DNA from: Ostrea edulis | Lineage: Eukaryota | DNA length: 64,000 bases | Reading direction: 5' to 3' | Assembly (NCBI RefSeq): GCF_947568905.1 | Contig: NC_079172.1 | Coordinates: 60,760,001 to 60,824,000, forward strand | In this document: positions 24,831 through 38,690 of the stretch, in pieces | Layout of the letters: every line of letters begins with the position of its first letter | How positions within the stretch are numbered: position 1 is the first letter of the stretch | Translations under genes and position numbers: made by a program | Notes under the pieces: generated by a model | Databases searched by the model: none | What the model was told of the DNA's origin: nothing | The model's input: the letters and a program-made list of their open reading frames with translations, nothing else

Positions 24831-25860
24831 TTTTAGGTCACCTGAGTAAACTCAGGTGACCTATTGCAATTGGTTGTCGTCCGACATCGTGCGACGTGCG
24901 TCGTCCATTAACAACTTCTTTCCAGAAACTACTGGGCAGCCAATCTTGACCAAATTTGGTATGTAGCATCTGTAGGTGAAGGAGAATATCTATTCTCCAT
25001 GTGACCTAATGACAGTATATAGAATCCATATCCACCCTCCATGTGACCTAATGACAGTATATAGAATCCATATCCACCCTCCATGTGACCTAATGATATG
25101 GAATCCATATCCACCCTCCATGTGACCTAATGACATGGAATCCATATCCACCCTCCATGTGACCTAATGATATGGAATCCATATCCACCCTCCATGTGAC
25201 CTAATGACAGTATATAGAATCCATATCCACCCTCCATGTGACCTAATGACATGGAATCCATATCCACCCTCCATGTGACCTAATGACATGGAATCCATAT
25301 CCACCCTCCATGTGACCTAATGACAGTATATTGAATCCATATCCACCCTCCATGTGACCTAATGACAGTATATAGAATCCATATCCACCCTCCATGTGAC
25401 CTAATGACATGGAATCCATATCCACCCTCCATGTGACCTAATGACATGGAATCCATATCCACCCTCCATGTGACCTAATGATATGGAATCCATATCCACC
25501 CTCCATTTGACCTAATGACAGTATATAGAATCCATATCCACCCTCCATGTGACCTAATGACATGGAATCCATATCCACACTGTATCAGTTTTCTGTGAAA
25601 ACCAAAGAAGCATCCTCACGTATTATAGAATCAGGTTTACCCCACAATCCCTGAGGCCACAATAGAGGTTCCAAGTTTTCCATAGATACATAGAAACATT
25701 CTTTAAGAATTCCCATCTGGAAAACAACATTTGATAGATTGAAGTGTATGTAGTCTTAAAGTAAATTCAAGTTAGTTTACACCATAACCCATGGTCAGGG
25801 TAAGCTTGAAGTTTTAAACAAGAATCTCTCCAACAAAAATTCATTAATAATTTTCTTTAA
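24831..25860 (+). mobile_element. Helentron/HINE-like non-autonomous element with internal tandem array
   Basis: T-run followed by perfect palindrome AGGTCACCTGAG-TAAA-CTCAGGTGACCT (24835-24862), then a 37/47-bp tandem array; class assignment is from recalled architecture. Confidence 0.5.
24995..25578. repeat. 37/47-bp tandem array
   Basis: ctccatgtgacctaatgac(agtatata)..gaatccatatccacc. Confidence 0.93.
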
Positions 25861-26009
25861 AAGAGCTTGTGGGGGGGGGGGGGGGGGTTACTTTAAAATC
25901 TTTCCAATAGCATATTTGATGATTACAGTTTGTAAAAGTGATATGCCAGCATGTACTACAGTCCCTAGGATGTGCAGCGTATATAGTTCAGACAAATACT
26001 GTGCATTGT

Positions 26010-26735
26010 TGAGCAGAAGGGAGAAAATGCAACGGATCAGACCGGATTTGTCTTCAGACCCTATGAATCTGTAGCGGTCGGACAGATTCGATCGCCGGTG
26101 GCCAGATAGCTGAGTTGGTAGAGCACCTGACCAGAGATTCAGGGAACCCGGGTTCAAACCCCGGTCTGGTCCGTTGCATTTTCTCCCTTCCTGTTACATT
26201 TGGTGCCTTAGACCAGCTCCTAGAACTGACAGGTGAAAATGCCTGACAGGGGATTAAGATCCTGGGTTGATGTCTTCAAGTGTGAAGACATTTAAGGAGG
26301 GAGGAATGTACTGGTCAGCTGGATTTGATCGCCAATGGCCAGATAGCTCAGTTGGTAGAGCACCTGACTATAGAATATAGGGGGACCAGGTTCGAATCCC
26401 AGTCTGGTCCGTTGCATTTTCTCCCTTCCTGTAACAAATCTCTAGTCAAGGGCTCTATCAACTGAGCTATCTAGCCACTGAACTCGTATGATTGCTATAT
26501 TCCTCCCTCTTTGAATTGTGTTCAACCTCAAAGACACACAATTCAGATTATTTTTGCCCAGGCAGAACTTTCACCTGGAAGTCCAGGAGTGGTCAATGGC
26601 ACCAAATGTAACAGGAAGGGAGAAATTTCAACAGACCAGACCAGGATTTGTACCAAGGCCCCCTGAATCTCCAGTCAGGTGCTCTACCAACTGAGTTATC
26701 TGGCCACCTGTGATCAAACGCGTATGACTGCTACA
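26010..26735. repeat. Tandem and inverted array of tRNA-derived units (about 237 bp)
   Basis: A box TAGCTCAGTTGG and B box GGTTCGAATCCC; heads at 26097 and 26334 on +, with units on - between 26440 and 26735. Confidence 0.7.
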
Positions 26736-27165
26736 TTAACAAGGTGACTAGGGTGAGCATTGTTTATACAATTGATTGATGTTAAACAAGTAACAATGGA
26801 TATGTAGACATGCTTTAGAAATTGAATACCATATATTGGGTATTTTTGCAGAATTTGCAAAAAGGAAAAATCTGCAAAAATTACAATCACAAAATATACA
26901 TACATGCTCAGAGGTGCAGAAAGGTATAATGCAACTGCAGAAATTAGAAATGCAGAATATAAATTGCTACCCTTTACGGATTAAATTGCAAACATTTCCA
27001 ACCATAGAAAATACCTGTTTTACGGTAATTCAAAAAGAAAGGATTACACACTTTCAGAGCCCTAGCTCTTCATTCTAAAATTGTAAGCAATATCAAACTT
27101 TACAATTTGTAAATCACACATTTATGTCAAAAGTTTATCACACCAGAATCATTGGGAATGTCTTC

Positions 27166-27636
27166 TCACACCAATCCCACCCTCACCATAGTCACACCAA
27201 TCCCACCCTCATCACAGTCACACCAATCCCACCCTCATCACAGTCACACCAATCCCACCCTCATCACAGTCACACCAATCCCACCCTCATCACAGTCACA
27301 CCAATCCCACCCTCATCACAGTCACACCAATCACACCCTCATCACAGTCACACCAATCACACCCTCACCATAGTCACACCAATCCCACCCTCATCACAGT
27401 CGCACAAATCACACCCTCATCATAGTCACACCAATCACACCCTCATCACAGTCACACCAATCACACCCTCACCATAGTCACACCAATCCCACCCTCACCA
27501 TAGTCACACCAATCCCACCCTCATCACAGTCACACCAATCACACCCTCACCATAGTCACACCAATCCCACCCTCACCATAGTCACACCAATCCCACCCTC
27601 ATCACAGTCGCACAAATCACACCCTCATCATAGTCA
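27166..27636. repeat. 26-bp minisatellite
   Basis: cacaccaatcccaccctcatcacagt. Confidence 0.93.
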
Positions 27637-28001
27637 GACAGATTAAGAATAGTATGTCCCCGAATCTTTGATTCCTACGGCACAAAGTTTACCTTTTTAA
27701 TAGAACACACCATAATATATAATCAAGTAACTTGGATGTGAAAGTATAGGCCACATAGACATTCTGTTAACTGTTTCATTTTATCACCAATTAATTTAAG
27801 TATTTTTCAGTTTTCTATAGATGAAAATTACTGATGGATTGTTTCTTTGGACAGTGACAATCAATAAGTTTAACAGTGCTATATATAATTATTACCTCCC
27901 TTTAATGATTCCCGAGTTGATCATTTCATTCAATCATTCAAGCTTACTAAAGAATAATTTTACAAGAGTACTTCATGACTTGTAATGACCAAAATGAAAA
28001 T

Positions 28002-28259
28002 NNNNNNNNNNNNNNNNNNNNNNNNNNNNNNNNNNNNNNNNNNNNNNNNNNNNNNNNNNNNNNNNNNNNNNNNNNNNNNNNNNNNNNNNNNNNNNNNNNN
28101 NNNNNNNNNNNNNNNNNNNNNNNNNNNNNNNNNNNNNNNNNNNNNNNNNNNNNNNNNNNNNNNNNNNNNNNNNNNNNNNNNNNNNNNNNNNNNNNNNNNN
28201 NNNNNNNNNNNNNNNNNNNNNNNNNNNNNNNNNNNNNNNNNNNNNNNNNNNNNNNNNNN
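28002..28259. other. Assembly gap (258 N)
   Basis: Run of N. Confidence 1.
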
Positions 28260-30429
28260 AATTGTGAAAAAAAAAAGGTTTTGAATATTTGTGAGAACAT
28301 GTCCCCACACCACTTGTCCTCACTAATCTAATATTTCGTATCTACACATGCTGTGGATCACGTTTATGGGGACGTAATTATGAGGACAGAACTTTTTCCT
28401 CATTACTTCTATCAATTGGTTGAAATTTGTCCTCACTATACACGTTTTATCATCTCTCTCTCTCTCCTAACTCTCCTGTTTTTAACTCCCAGCTCTTTCT
28501 CCAGCTCTCCCAACTCCCTCTCTTTTCTAACTTACAACTCTCTCTTAATTAACTGTTTTCTTCTTTCTCTCTCTCTCTTAACTCGTTTTCCTTCCTCTTA
28601 AGTGTCTTCTTTCTCTATTAACCCCCCCCCCCGCCCCGCCCCCCCCCCCCCCACCCCCGTTTACTGTTAAACAGACCCCATGGGTATTTTCTTCTTGCTT
28701 TAAATATTCAATTCTTAGATATTATATGGCCCTACCCTGGTCCGAAATGTCATGACTGGTTTAGAGAAATGAAACAGTTCTGCATGCAGTATTTCTATAA
28801 ATCCGAATTTTCCCCTCTAGTCTGTTTTTATTTTCATATTACGTAAAATCCCTCGCAGAGGGGGACTTTCCAAAATCTTTTTTTCGTTACGGATACTCCG
28901 CCTTGCGGATGATATTAAGGACCGTTCGTGTGTGAGTGCTTTTATAGTCCTCCACATAGTGAGCCTTTACATAATTGTTACAGTAGATAAAAGTGTTTAA
29001 ATAATAATTTACAAATGTTGTCTAATGGAAGAAATATTTTTTAAAGCTTTGATAAAAATGCACAGTAAAACTTTACTTTAAAACTTCTTGTTTAATTTTC
29101 TTTTCTAAATGATTATAGTACAATGGAGTATTTTTATAGTTTGCTTCCTAATACGCTTATAACGGGAGGTAACTTTGAGCAACCGCACGATTTATCATTA
29201 CCTTGCAGTCTATTGTAGTACCTTGCAGTGCTTCGAGATCTCCTATTGTTTTATTTTTCATTGTACCAAAATGTAATATCTTCATGGTTTACCTCTTTCG
29301 AAATAGGTTAACTTTGAACAACAAGTCAACATCTGATTCCGTCTTACCCTTCTTAATCCAATCATTTCTTAACTCTTCTTTTGTACCAATTTATAGATCC
29401 CCGTGTGGGGACATCAAAATTTAAATTTTTTCGTTGCGACTAATACTCAGATGTACCGTTAAGCAACTAATTGCGATCCGTGCCCGTTCGTCGTGTAAGG
29501 CTAGATTTGAAATCACGAGCGCCCATTTCAATCCTAAATACAATTTTTGAAAGTTTGTGAACAAGTAATTTTATAAGTATAAAAAATAAAACACTGTAAT
29601 CCTTATTAAATACAAAATTTACGTTTTGTTATTTATTTTACTAGTTCTAGTATTTGTTTAAGAGGTAATTTATATGTAGATGAATAAATATTTGTCTTGT
29701 TTTTAATGTTTAATGCAAACAAAGGGAGCTAATTTCAGAGCACACAACAACGCAAGTCATTTGCTTAGTAGTTAATCGTTGAAGGTCTTACGAAATAATT
29801 TCTAAAAGACCTTTTCGGATTAAAGGGTAAATCTGTGAGTCTTTCACAATATTGTGATCTTTTAGGCTCAGATGTGGAGCAATGCGATGCGCAGTGAATC
29901 TCTGAATAATCTGCTGTTACAGTGAAAATGGTAATAAAGGGTATATTTTTTGCCCCGTTTTAAATTAAAATCGCGATTCATCTACTCAAGTGTATTTACT
30001 ATATGAATCGAATTACAGTAATCCATAGCCGCGGACGGTATACATGTACTAAAATTGCGTCACATTGAAGGGGGGGGGGGCATAAATTGATAAAATTTTC
30101 TCCCATCATCGCAGATTATTTTATGATTTCATTGACATGTTATGACGCTCCTGCTCTGGAATGATTCTGACTATTTTCTACAAGCTTCCAACTTTACCCT
30201 TGTATATCTATAGGGCGTTTATATTGTTTCATTTTGAAGGAAAAAAATATACGGTAACGTGCTAATGTCCCAGCGGAATAAGACAGGTGTTATATGTAGG
30301 CCTACAGTTTATTCACAAATATACACATATATTTACACACAACATTTATGGTGAACAACTTCAAATATCTGCTTACTACGGAAGCCCATTTGTGCAAACT
30401 AAAACTAAATAAAAAACAAAATTATTACC

Positions 30430-30690
30430 GTATGTAAAATACGAAATTATTAAATAAAAAATGGAGATATTAAATGAAAAACGAAAATATTAAATAAAAA
30501 ACCAAGATTAAATAAAAAACGAAATTACTAAATAAAAAAAACACCGAAATTAGTCAATAAAAAACGAAATAACTAAATAAAAACCAAAACTAAATAAAAA
30601 ACGAAATTATTATATAAAAACGAAATTATTATAAAAAAAACCGAAATTATTATATAAATAACGAAATTATTAAATAAACAACGAAATTAA
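30430..30690. repeat. A-rich about 20-bp degenerate tandem repeat
   Basis: aaataaaaaacgaaattatt. Confidence 0.8.
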
Positions 30691-30885
30691 TGAATAAAGA
30701 AAGGAATGTATTGTACTGATGTGAACTGATAAGTCATTATTTCTACATGACACAGCAAAGTATTCAGTGCTTGGCATAAACAAAGGCCACCAGTTTTAGC
30801 AGCCACGTACACTGGTACACACGTATCACACCGAGTGTAAAGTCAAGTGGTTGTTGAGGTACCTAACTGATGGGAGCCATATATT

Positions 30886-31797
30886 TTCTCAGTTTCAGTT
30901 CACTTTATTCACTCACACCATATTATGGTATATGAGGTACAATATATACAATATTTACAAATAGAATATATTATATACATGTACAAGGTACACGTGAAAA
31001 AAGCAGGGAGTTGTTTTATATACATAAAATGAGTTAAGGAGGACAGAATTGGTCATATATTTTAGATATAAAACTACACAATTTGATAAGTACATTAGGG
31101 TATGAAGTTGACATTAACTCTGAAAATTTGAAAAAGTTAGGTCTGTGACAATATTTTCTACACAGATACTTTCTTCTATAACATTAAAAAAAAACTTACA
31201 TTCAAGGATAAAATGGTATTCGTCAGCTATCTGACCCGTATTACAGATATGGCAAGTTCTTTCGTCTTTAGGAGTGCCACACCATCTTCCAGTCTCTACT
31301 GGGAGTTGGTGATTTGAAGTTCTAAATTTAATAAATATTGTTCGAAATTTTTTAGGTAAAGTATTTAAGTATTTTTCAAACCCAAATTCACTTTTGAAAA
31401 TGCCATACGTTTCACCCTTAGATGACTCCCGTATATCACTTTGCCATTTATGTATATACTGATCTTTAAGACGTCGTTCAACAGTAATTTTTAACCAGTT
31501 TGTATTAAAAAATGCTTGTTCATTCCATATATTGGAGTGTCCACAAAGATCAAAAATATTTTTAATACAAGATAACCAAGAATTCTTATAACTTTCTCTA
31601 CAGAATAGATCATGTACATACTTATACAAATTACACACAATCTTACTATCTGGATTTAAAAATAACCCTCCCCAGTAAGAAATCATTCTTGTATACACCG
31701 TTGCATATAAAGGAAAACGGCCAGTTTCTCCAAAGACCATATAATTTGGAGTACTACTTTTTAAGTTGAAAATATATTTTAAAAATTTTAAGTGCAT
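30886..31797 (-). mobile_element. CR1/L2-group LINE 3' fragment
   Basis: GETGRFPL ... KFRTSNHQLPVETGRW ... C..C...DEYHFILEC; short (GAAACT)n-like tail near 30890. Confidence 0.8.
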
Positions 31798-31799
31798 TC

Positions 31800-32500
31800 G
31801 CTCAATAATGTCAAGATTTTCTTACTTATACGCCGTCAGCTAGCCTATGATACCACATCACTCTATACACACGTGCAATTTGATGAGGCAGTAGATACAT
31901 ACTACGGTAAATCGGACAAATCTGTCTATGCAATAAATACATCATTCACTGGCGATCTGAGCCTTCTCTTCAGATTAATTTTGGAAAATAATACTTTTAA
32001 ATTTAATTCAAATAATTGGATGTGTTATAAGGGTCTAAATGCTCCCCATCTGTATGCGATATACGACTACATCAGATAACCAAGGAAATTATATACAAAC
32101 AAATTTCCGGGTAAACATCGCATAACGTACCATGTGCGTTATCATGACGATGGCTTTATTTTATTATGTTTCATGGTGAAGAAAATGAAATCCATGATTT
32201 AAATTCTACTCATCAACTGCTTAAATTCACATGTGAAATATCTGTGAATAAAATGGTGTATAAAAGAAAGGAATTTAAGGCAAAAATTTTAGATTTGAAA
32301 ACGTACATCAAACCTACAAATTGGAACGAAAAAGTGCACATAATCCTTCAGTTTATAAGGGGTTTATAAAAGGTGAAACTATTTGCCAATGAGAAACACA
32401 AGTGATGAAGATGTACTTGAAGATAGTAATTGCTAGAAATTACTGGTAAATTAGCCGACGCTTACCACCTTATCTTTAAAAAAGTAAATTACTATCCACT
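31800..32500 (+). mobile_element. Degenerate Penelope-like RT fragment
   Basis: YDTTSLYT, ILENNTFKFN, RYHDDGF, LKFTCEIS and TYIKPTN motifs across broken frames. Confidence 0.6.
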
Positions 32501-33163
32501 CTACGGGGAAAAAAATTGGGCTCCTAGACATTGTCATGTAGAGAGTTAATGACAACATAACATATCAGAAATGGATGCACAATATGCCTATTGGTGAAAA
32601 CACAGTAAGCTTGAAATTGGGAATTCAATATATTGAATACTCTTTTAAAAGTTTGTGAATTCACACTGCATTTAGTATGCATATCCAATTTTACAGACCT
32701 ATTTAATTAATTACTGATAACATTTAGATTATCTTTTAAGAAAATTTTGAGGAATTATCATTTAATTCTAGATCACCTTAATTACATATGTATCATTAAA
32801 TCTGTTTTAAAAATCAAATTCATCAAAATTATCGATTGCAGTCATAGTAAAATCTAAGAGAATTCAACTATTTTTCACCGATCTATGCTATGTATTCTGT
32901 CTGCTTGGACAATTTCTGCATTTTCAGATAAAGCTTCATCTCAAAAGATGCGCAAGGCTCAAATTAGCAATGGAGAATGCTATGGTCAGTTTTCTCTGAT
33001 CAACAGCAACAAAATCTTCATCCTCTGGGTCAGATGAATCTTCACTAGAATCTTCTTGATTTGTAAAATCTTCGCTCAACATTTAAATCAAACCAATCAT
33101 CATTTTCTCCTAACACTTGGATTTCATTTGACTCTGAGACCTTGATACTAATTTCAATAACGA

Positions 33164-36100
33164 CATGACCGGGATCGGGATCATCGAACTGATACAAATT
33201 GTTTACATGTGTTTGTGTTATTATGTGAGTGTTAGTGTGTGTGAATGGGTAAACGATGGACGGGTAAGTTACTTGCTGAAAATGCCTAGATGTTTAGTTG
33301 TTTTACTTATTTTTCTGCGATGTCGTTGTCTGAAAATATTTCAATAGCCACAGTGAACTGTCAGGGGCTGGCATCTAAACGTAAAGATGTTATTAATTAC
33401 TTGAAACAAAAGCGTTTTTCTATTATATGTCTACAAGATACTCATTTTATTTCTGAATGTGAACCATATATTGAATCACAGTGGGGATACAAATGTATTT
33501 TTAATTCTTATATGTCAAACTCAAGGGGTGTGTGCATCTTGTTCAACAATAACTTTGAGTTTAAAATTCATGGTGTAAAAAGGGATTGTGAAGGTAATTT
33601 ACTTGCACTTGATATGACAATTGAAGAGAACAAAGTAACTCTTATTAATATATACGGGCCTAATACTGATAACCCTCAATTTTACGAAAATGTACGAAAT
33701 ATTTTCTTGGAATATGACAATGAATATTTTATTCTATGTGGTGACTTTAACCTCACATTAAACCCTTCACTGGATACTTATAACTATTGTGGAATCAATA
33801 ATCCCAAAACACGTGCTAAAGTTTTAGAAATCATGGACGATCTACAACTTTTAGATTACTACAGAGTGCTAAATCCAGATAAAAAAGCTTATACATGGCG
33901 GAAAAAAAATCCCTTAAAACAAAGTCGCCTTGACTACTTTCTTGTATCTGATAGTTTGTCAAATTTGGTTGAAAACTGTACCATAAAGCCAGGATATAGA
34001 TCTGATCATTCTGTTGTTATTCTTGAATTAAAATTTAATCCCTTTACAAGAGGGCGTGGCCTTTGGAAATTTAATAACAATTTATTAACAGACAAAAAAT
34101 ATGTTATGAAGGTCAAAGAAACTATTCAATCTGTTACTAGCCAATATTTGGATAACATAGATAATATAAATTTTCAGTGCAAAAACGATATTGATGAAAG
34201 TTTATTTCTGGAGGTTTTAATGATGGAAATTAGGGGAATTACTATATCATACTCAGCATTTAAGAAAAGAGAAAAAGACATCAAAGAAAAGAAACTTTTA
34301 GATGAAATTGAAATTTTAGAGTCTGACTCTCCTATTGATTTTGATATTCTAGATGAGAAGAGAGCAGCTCTTGAAAACATTAGAAAAGAAAAGCTACAAG
34401 GTCACATGATAAGGTCTCGTGCACGTTGGATAGAGGAAGGGGGAAAACCTTCAAAATACTTTTGTAATTTAGAATCCCGAAATTATTTAAATAAAACTAT
34501 CAAAATAATTCAGTTGGATACTGGTACAATTTACAAACAGTCAGATATATTAGAAGGTGTCAAGAAATATTATGAAGCCTTATATACTAATAATGATTTT
34601 AACTTAATTAATGTCGACCTGGAAAGCATCATCTCAGATTACAATTCTCCTGAGTTAGATACACATGCAACCAAAAAACTGGAGGATGATATTGGAGAAG
34701 CAGAGGTTCTTAAAGTATTAAAAAATATGAAAAACAACAAATCCCCGGGTAGCGATGGTTATACAACTGAATTCTTTAAATTTTTTTGGAATGACATTAA
34801 ATATTATGTTGTTAGAGCTATTAATTGTATATATCATAAGAGGGAACTTCCTATTTCGCAAAGACTAGGAATCATTTCATGCTTACCTAAAGGGGATAAA
34901 CCAAGACAGTTTTTAAAAAACTGGCGACCAATTACACTTTTAAATGTATTATACAAAATTATATCTGGTTGTCTCAGCTTTAGAATTAAACAAGTTTTGG
35001 ATTATATAATATCCGATACACAGTCTGGTTTTTTAAAAGGGGAGAATACTCGATTTATATATGATATTATGTCATACACTGAAAGAAATAATATTCCAGA
35101 CCTTCTAGTTCTCATTGATTCGAAAAGGCCTTCGACTCAATGTCATGGTCATTCATATATAAAGTTTTAAAGTATTTTGGTTTTGGGGAAAACTTTATTC
35201 AATGGATAAAAATCTTAAACAGAAATTTCAGAGCCTCAGTTTTACAGAGTGGCTTTTTATCTGAACAGTTTGATATACAAAGGGGATGTAGGCAGGGTGA
35301 TCCCATTGCACCTTATTTATTCATCCTATGTGCAGAAATTCTTGCAATATTAATTAAACAAAACAAAAGTATAAAAGGCATATGTATAGAAAACACAGAA
35401 CACAAAATATCACAATATGCAGATGATTCTTCACTAGCCCTTGACGGATCACCTGAATCGCTTTTTGCAGCTCTAGATACGATAGAATTTTTTTCCAGTT
35501 TTTCTGGTCTAAGGATTAATTCTTCTAAAACAAAAATTGTTTGGATTGGTTCAAAGAAATTTTCAGATCAAGTTTTTCACCATACAAGATGGAAATTAGA
35601 TTGGGGATCAACAACTTTTAATTTATTGGGTATTAATTTTTCAGTTGACCTTACAGAAATTGAAGATATAAATTTCGGAATTCAAATACCAAAAATCGTT
35701 GCTCTTACTGAACAGTGGAAAAGAAGGATTCTTACTCCCATTGGGCGGGCTACTGTCATTAAAACCTTGCTTATTCCAAAATTGAATCATTTGTTTATAT
35801 CACTTCCTACTCCAAAGAAAGAAACAATCTCTTATTTATACAAAATTATTTTTGAATTCCTATGGAAATCTAGTGTAGATAAAGTTAAGAGGTCTGTGAT
35901 AACACAAGACTGTCTATCGGGTGGTATCAAGATGGTTGATATAAGCAATTTTATTACATCATTGAAATGCTCTTGGATTAAAAGGCTTACTAGGTCCAAC
36001 TGTCAGAAACCATGGATGAATATTTTTTTTGCCATGTATGGAAATTATATTTTAAAGAAATTATATGACTTTGGAGATAGTTTTATTGTGGAACAATTAT

Positions 36101-37332
36101 GTGTTAAAAGCAATGTTTTTTGGAAGGGTGTTTTTAATGCTTGGTTTTTTTATTTGAAGACTAGTCAAAATCTTCCAAATATTAAAAATAATTTTCATAA
36201 TATTCCAGTGTGGTACAATTCTAATATTAGAATTGCGGGAAAACCTGTGTTTTATGAGAAATAGTATGAAAAGGGGATTAAAGCTGTTCAAGATTTTTTG
36301 GATACTGATTGTAACTTCCATACCATAGAAAATTTTCAGTGTTTATACAATCTTCAAGAAGTATGTGTAATGAAATACAATAGCATTATTACTGCAATTT
36401 CAAAATATTTTAAACGTCTGTCAATTGATAGACACTCAACCAAACAAAATGTTAATCCATGTATGCCTATATTTTTTGAACCAGTTTTATTACATGAACG
36501 ATGTTCTAATATTATTTACAATATTTTAAATGCAAAAGAAGATATCCCAACTTCTATGGGCAAGTGGAAAACTGAACTATCTTCATATGGAGTAGATGAT
36601 ATTTCAGTGCAAGATGTGTTTCAAAACATCTAGTGATTCTTCTGTTCAGTGGCTACAGTTTAGAATTTTACATAGAATTCTTCCTGTTGGTTATTATTTG
36701 AAAAACATTAGTGTTAAAACAGATGATCTCTGTAGATTTTGTACAAGTAATATTGAAACAATAACACATATTTTTACTTCGTGTAATAAGACCCAAACAT
36801 TGTGGAGTGAGTTAAGTCTTCATATATATAGAAAAATTTCCGAAAGAATTGGTTTTAATGTGTCAAATATAATATTTGGTGAAATTCCACTGTCTTTAAA
36901 TAATAAAGCTATAAACTTTATAATTCTATATGCTAAACAATACATATTTATCTGTTTAATGCAGAATAAAGAACCAAACATTGTTGGATTACTATGTCAC
37001 TTAAAGTTTAAATATCATGTAGAGAAATATGCTGCAATTCAAGCATTTAAAATACATAACTTTGATAAAATATGGATGAAGTGGGAAAATATTTTTGCAA
37101 TTGATTAATTATTACTACATGTACTTGTCATTTTTTTTAGTACATGTATTATTGTTATTATTATTATTTTCACTATTGTACAGCAAGTAACCTAAACCAC
37201 AGGGAGATTGAAGCATGTATGCATGTATGAAAGGTATGTTTGTGTAAGTGTTTGATGTATTGTATGTAACCAAAAAAATAAATAAATTATAAAAAAAAAT
37301 AAAAATAAAAAAAATAAATAAAAAAATAAAAA
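33164..37332 (+). mobile_element. L1/Tx1-clade LINE, 5'-truncated (ORF2 only: APE endonuclease, RT, zf-RVT), disrupted
   Basis: ATG 33320 (NCQGL, LQDTH, GDFN, SDH); RT motifs (NWRPITLLN, GCRQGDP, QYADD); zinc finger CRFC...HIFTSC; A-rich tail; TSD AATTTCAATAACGA at 33150-33163 and 37333-37346. Confidence 0.93.
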
Positions 37333-37377
37333 AATTTCAATAACGAGGCTCCTGGACACATTTGTTACGTAGCACAT

Positions 37378-37995
37378 TCCACAGTGCGACAGCGTGCTGT
37401 GTGATAGCGTGATAGTGCGACGACGTGTTGTGTGATAGCGCGACAGTATGTTGTGTGATAGCGTGATAGTACGACGGCGTGTTGTGTGACAGCGTGGTTG
37501 CGCGACGGCGTGTTGTGATAGCGCGATGGCGTGTTGTGTGACAGCGTGATAGCGCGACGGCGTGTGGTGTGACAGCATGGTTGCGCGACGGCGTGTTGTG
37601 ATAGCGTGATGGCGTGTTGCGTGATAGCGCGACGGCGTGTTGTGTGTTAGCGTGATAGCGCGTTGTGTATCAGCATGACAGCGCGATGGCGTTTTGTGTG
37701 ATAGGGCGACGGCGTGTTGTGATAGCGTGATAGCGCGATGGCGTGTTGCGTGACAGCGCGACGGCGTGTGGTGTGATAGCGTGACGGCGTGTTGTGTGTT
37801 AGCGTGATAGCGCGACGGCGTGTTGTCTGACAGCGTGTTAGCGTGACAGCGCGTTGTGTATCAGCATGACAGCGCGATGGCGTTTTGTGTGATAGGGCGA
37901 CGGCGTGTTGTGTGATAGCGTGATAGCGCGATGGCGTGTTGTGTGATAGGGCGATGGCGTGTTGTGTATCAGCGCGACGGCGTGATTAGCGTGAT
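37378..37995. repeat. CpG-rich degenerate satellite
   Basis: gcgcgacggcgtgttgtgtgatagcgtgata variants. Confidence 0.9.
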
Positions 37996-38509
37996 AGCTT
38001 TTGCACATAACCCTGTCCGGACACCATACACAACTGATGAGCGACCTTTTCCTGATTTAATTCTCGTGCTTTTCCGTGAGCATACTATAAAACATGGCCT
38101 TGTCCCTATTAGGCTGTCCTGGCCCCGGCTGTAGCCTCTAATTATGATCCATACCAAATTTTGGCCTGGCCTCAAAAGTTAACCTGGCTTCAAATTCGGA
38201 TTCTGAAACTTTTTTTGGCCTCAACCCCAATAAAAATTATTAAAAATTTGGAGTGATTTGTTTGATTTATTATTGGTTTTAGGTTTCAAAGTCCATCGAC
38301 TTGGATCATAGTCACTTTTACATACATGAATAGTCTGTGTACATTGATTGTCTTTCGGACATGTACAATGTAATTGACATGTGGTTTGTTTTCCCACCGA
38401 TATTTTTCTGAAGCTTTTAAATCATTACCCCCCCCCCCCTTTTTTTCCCCAAATACAAAATCTCAACTAAATTTGACCTCAGCTGATAAGAACACAATCT
38501 GAGCAAACT

Positions 38510-38690
38510 GGTATATTTAGTATATAGTGAGAGGGGAGCTAACAAAGCAGCCATACAAACTGTTATATATAGTATGTAGTGAGAAGGGAGCTAGCAAAGC
38601 CGCCATACAAACTGTTGTATATAGTGAGAAGGGAGCTAACAAAGCAGCCATTCAAACTGTTATATATAGTATATAGTGAGAAGGGAGCTA
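38510..38690. repeat. About 50-bp tandem repeat
   Basis: tatatagtgagaagggagctaacaaagcagccatacaaactgt. Confidence 0.8.

Noticed and set aside
26097-26410. Functional tRNA genes
   Set aside because: The anticodon arm is non-canonical, the acceptor stem is poor, and the units share a SINE-like tail
27124-27477. His/Pro/Thr-rich ORFs
   Set aside because: A 26-bp unit cycles through frames; no splice or homology support
27947-28331. ORFs of X residues
   Set aside because: Artefacts of the N gap
29290-29410. Minus-strand peptide GTKEELRNDWIKKGKTESDVDLLFKVNLFRKR
   Set aside because: Short, frameshifted from its ATG, and no recognisable family
38025-38080. Hammerhead ribozyme (CTGATGAG at about 38035)
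   Set aside because: No stem II followed by GAAA downstream
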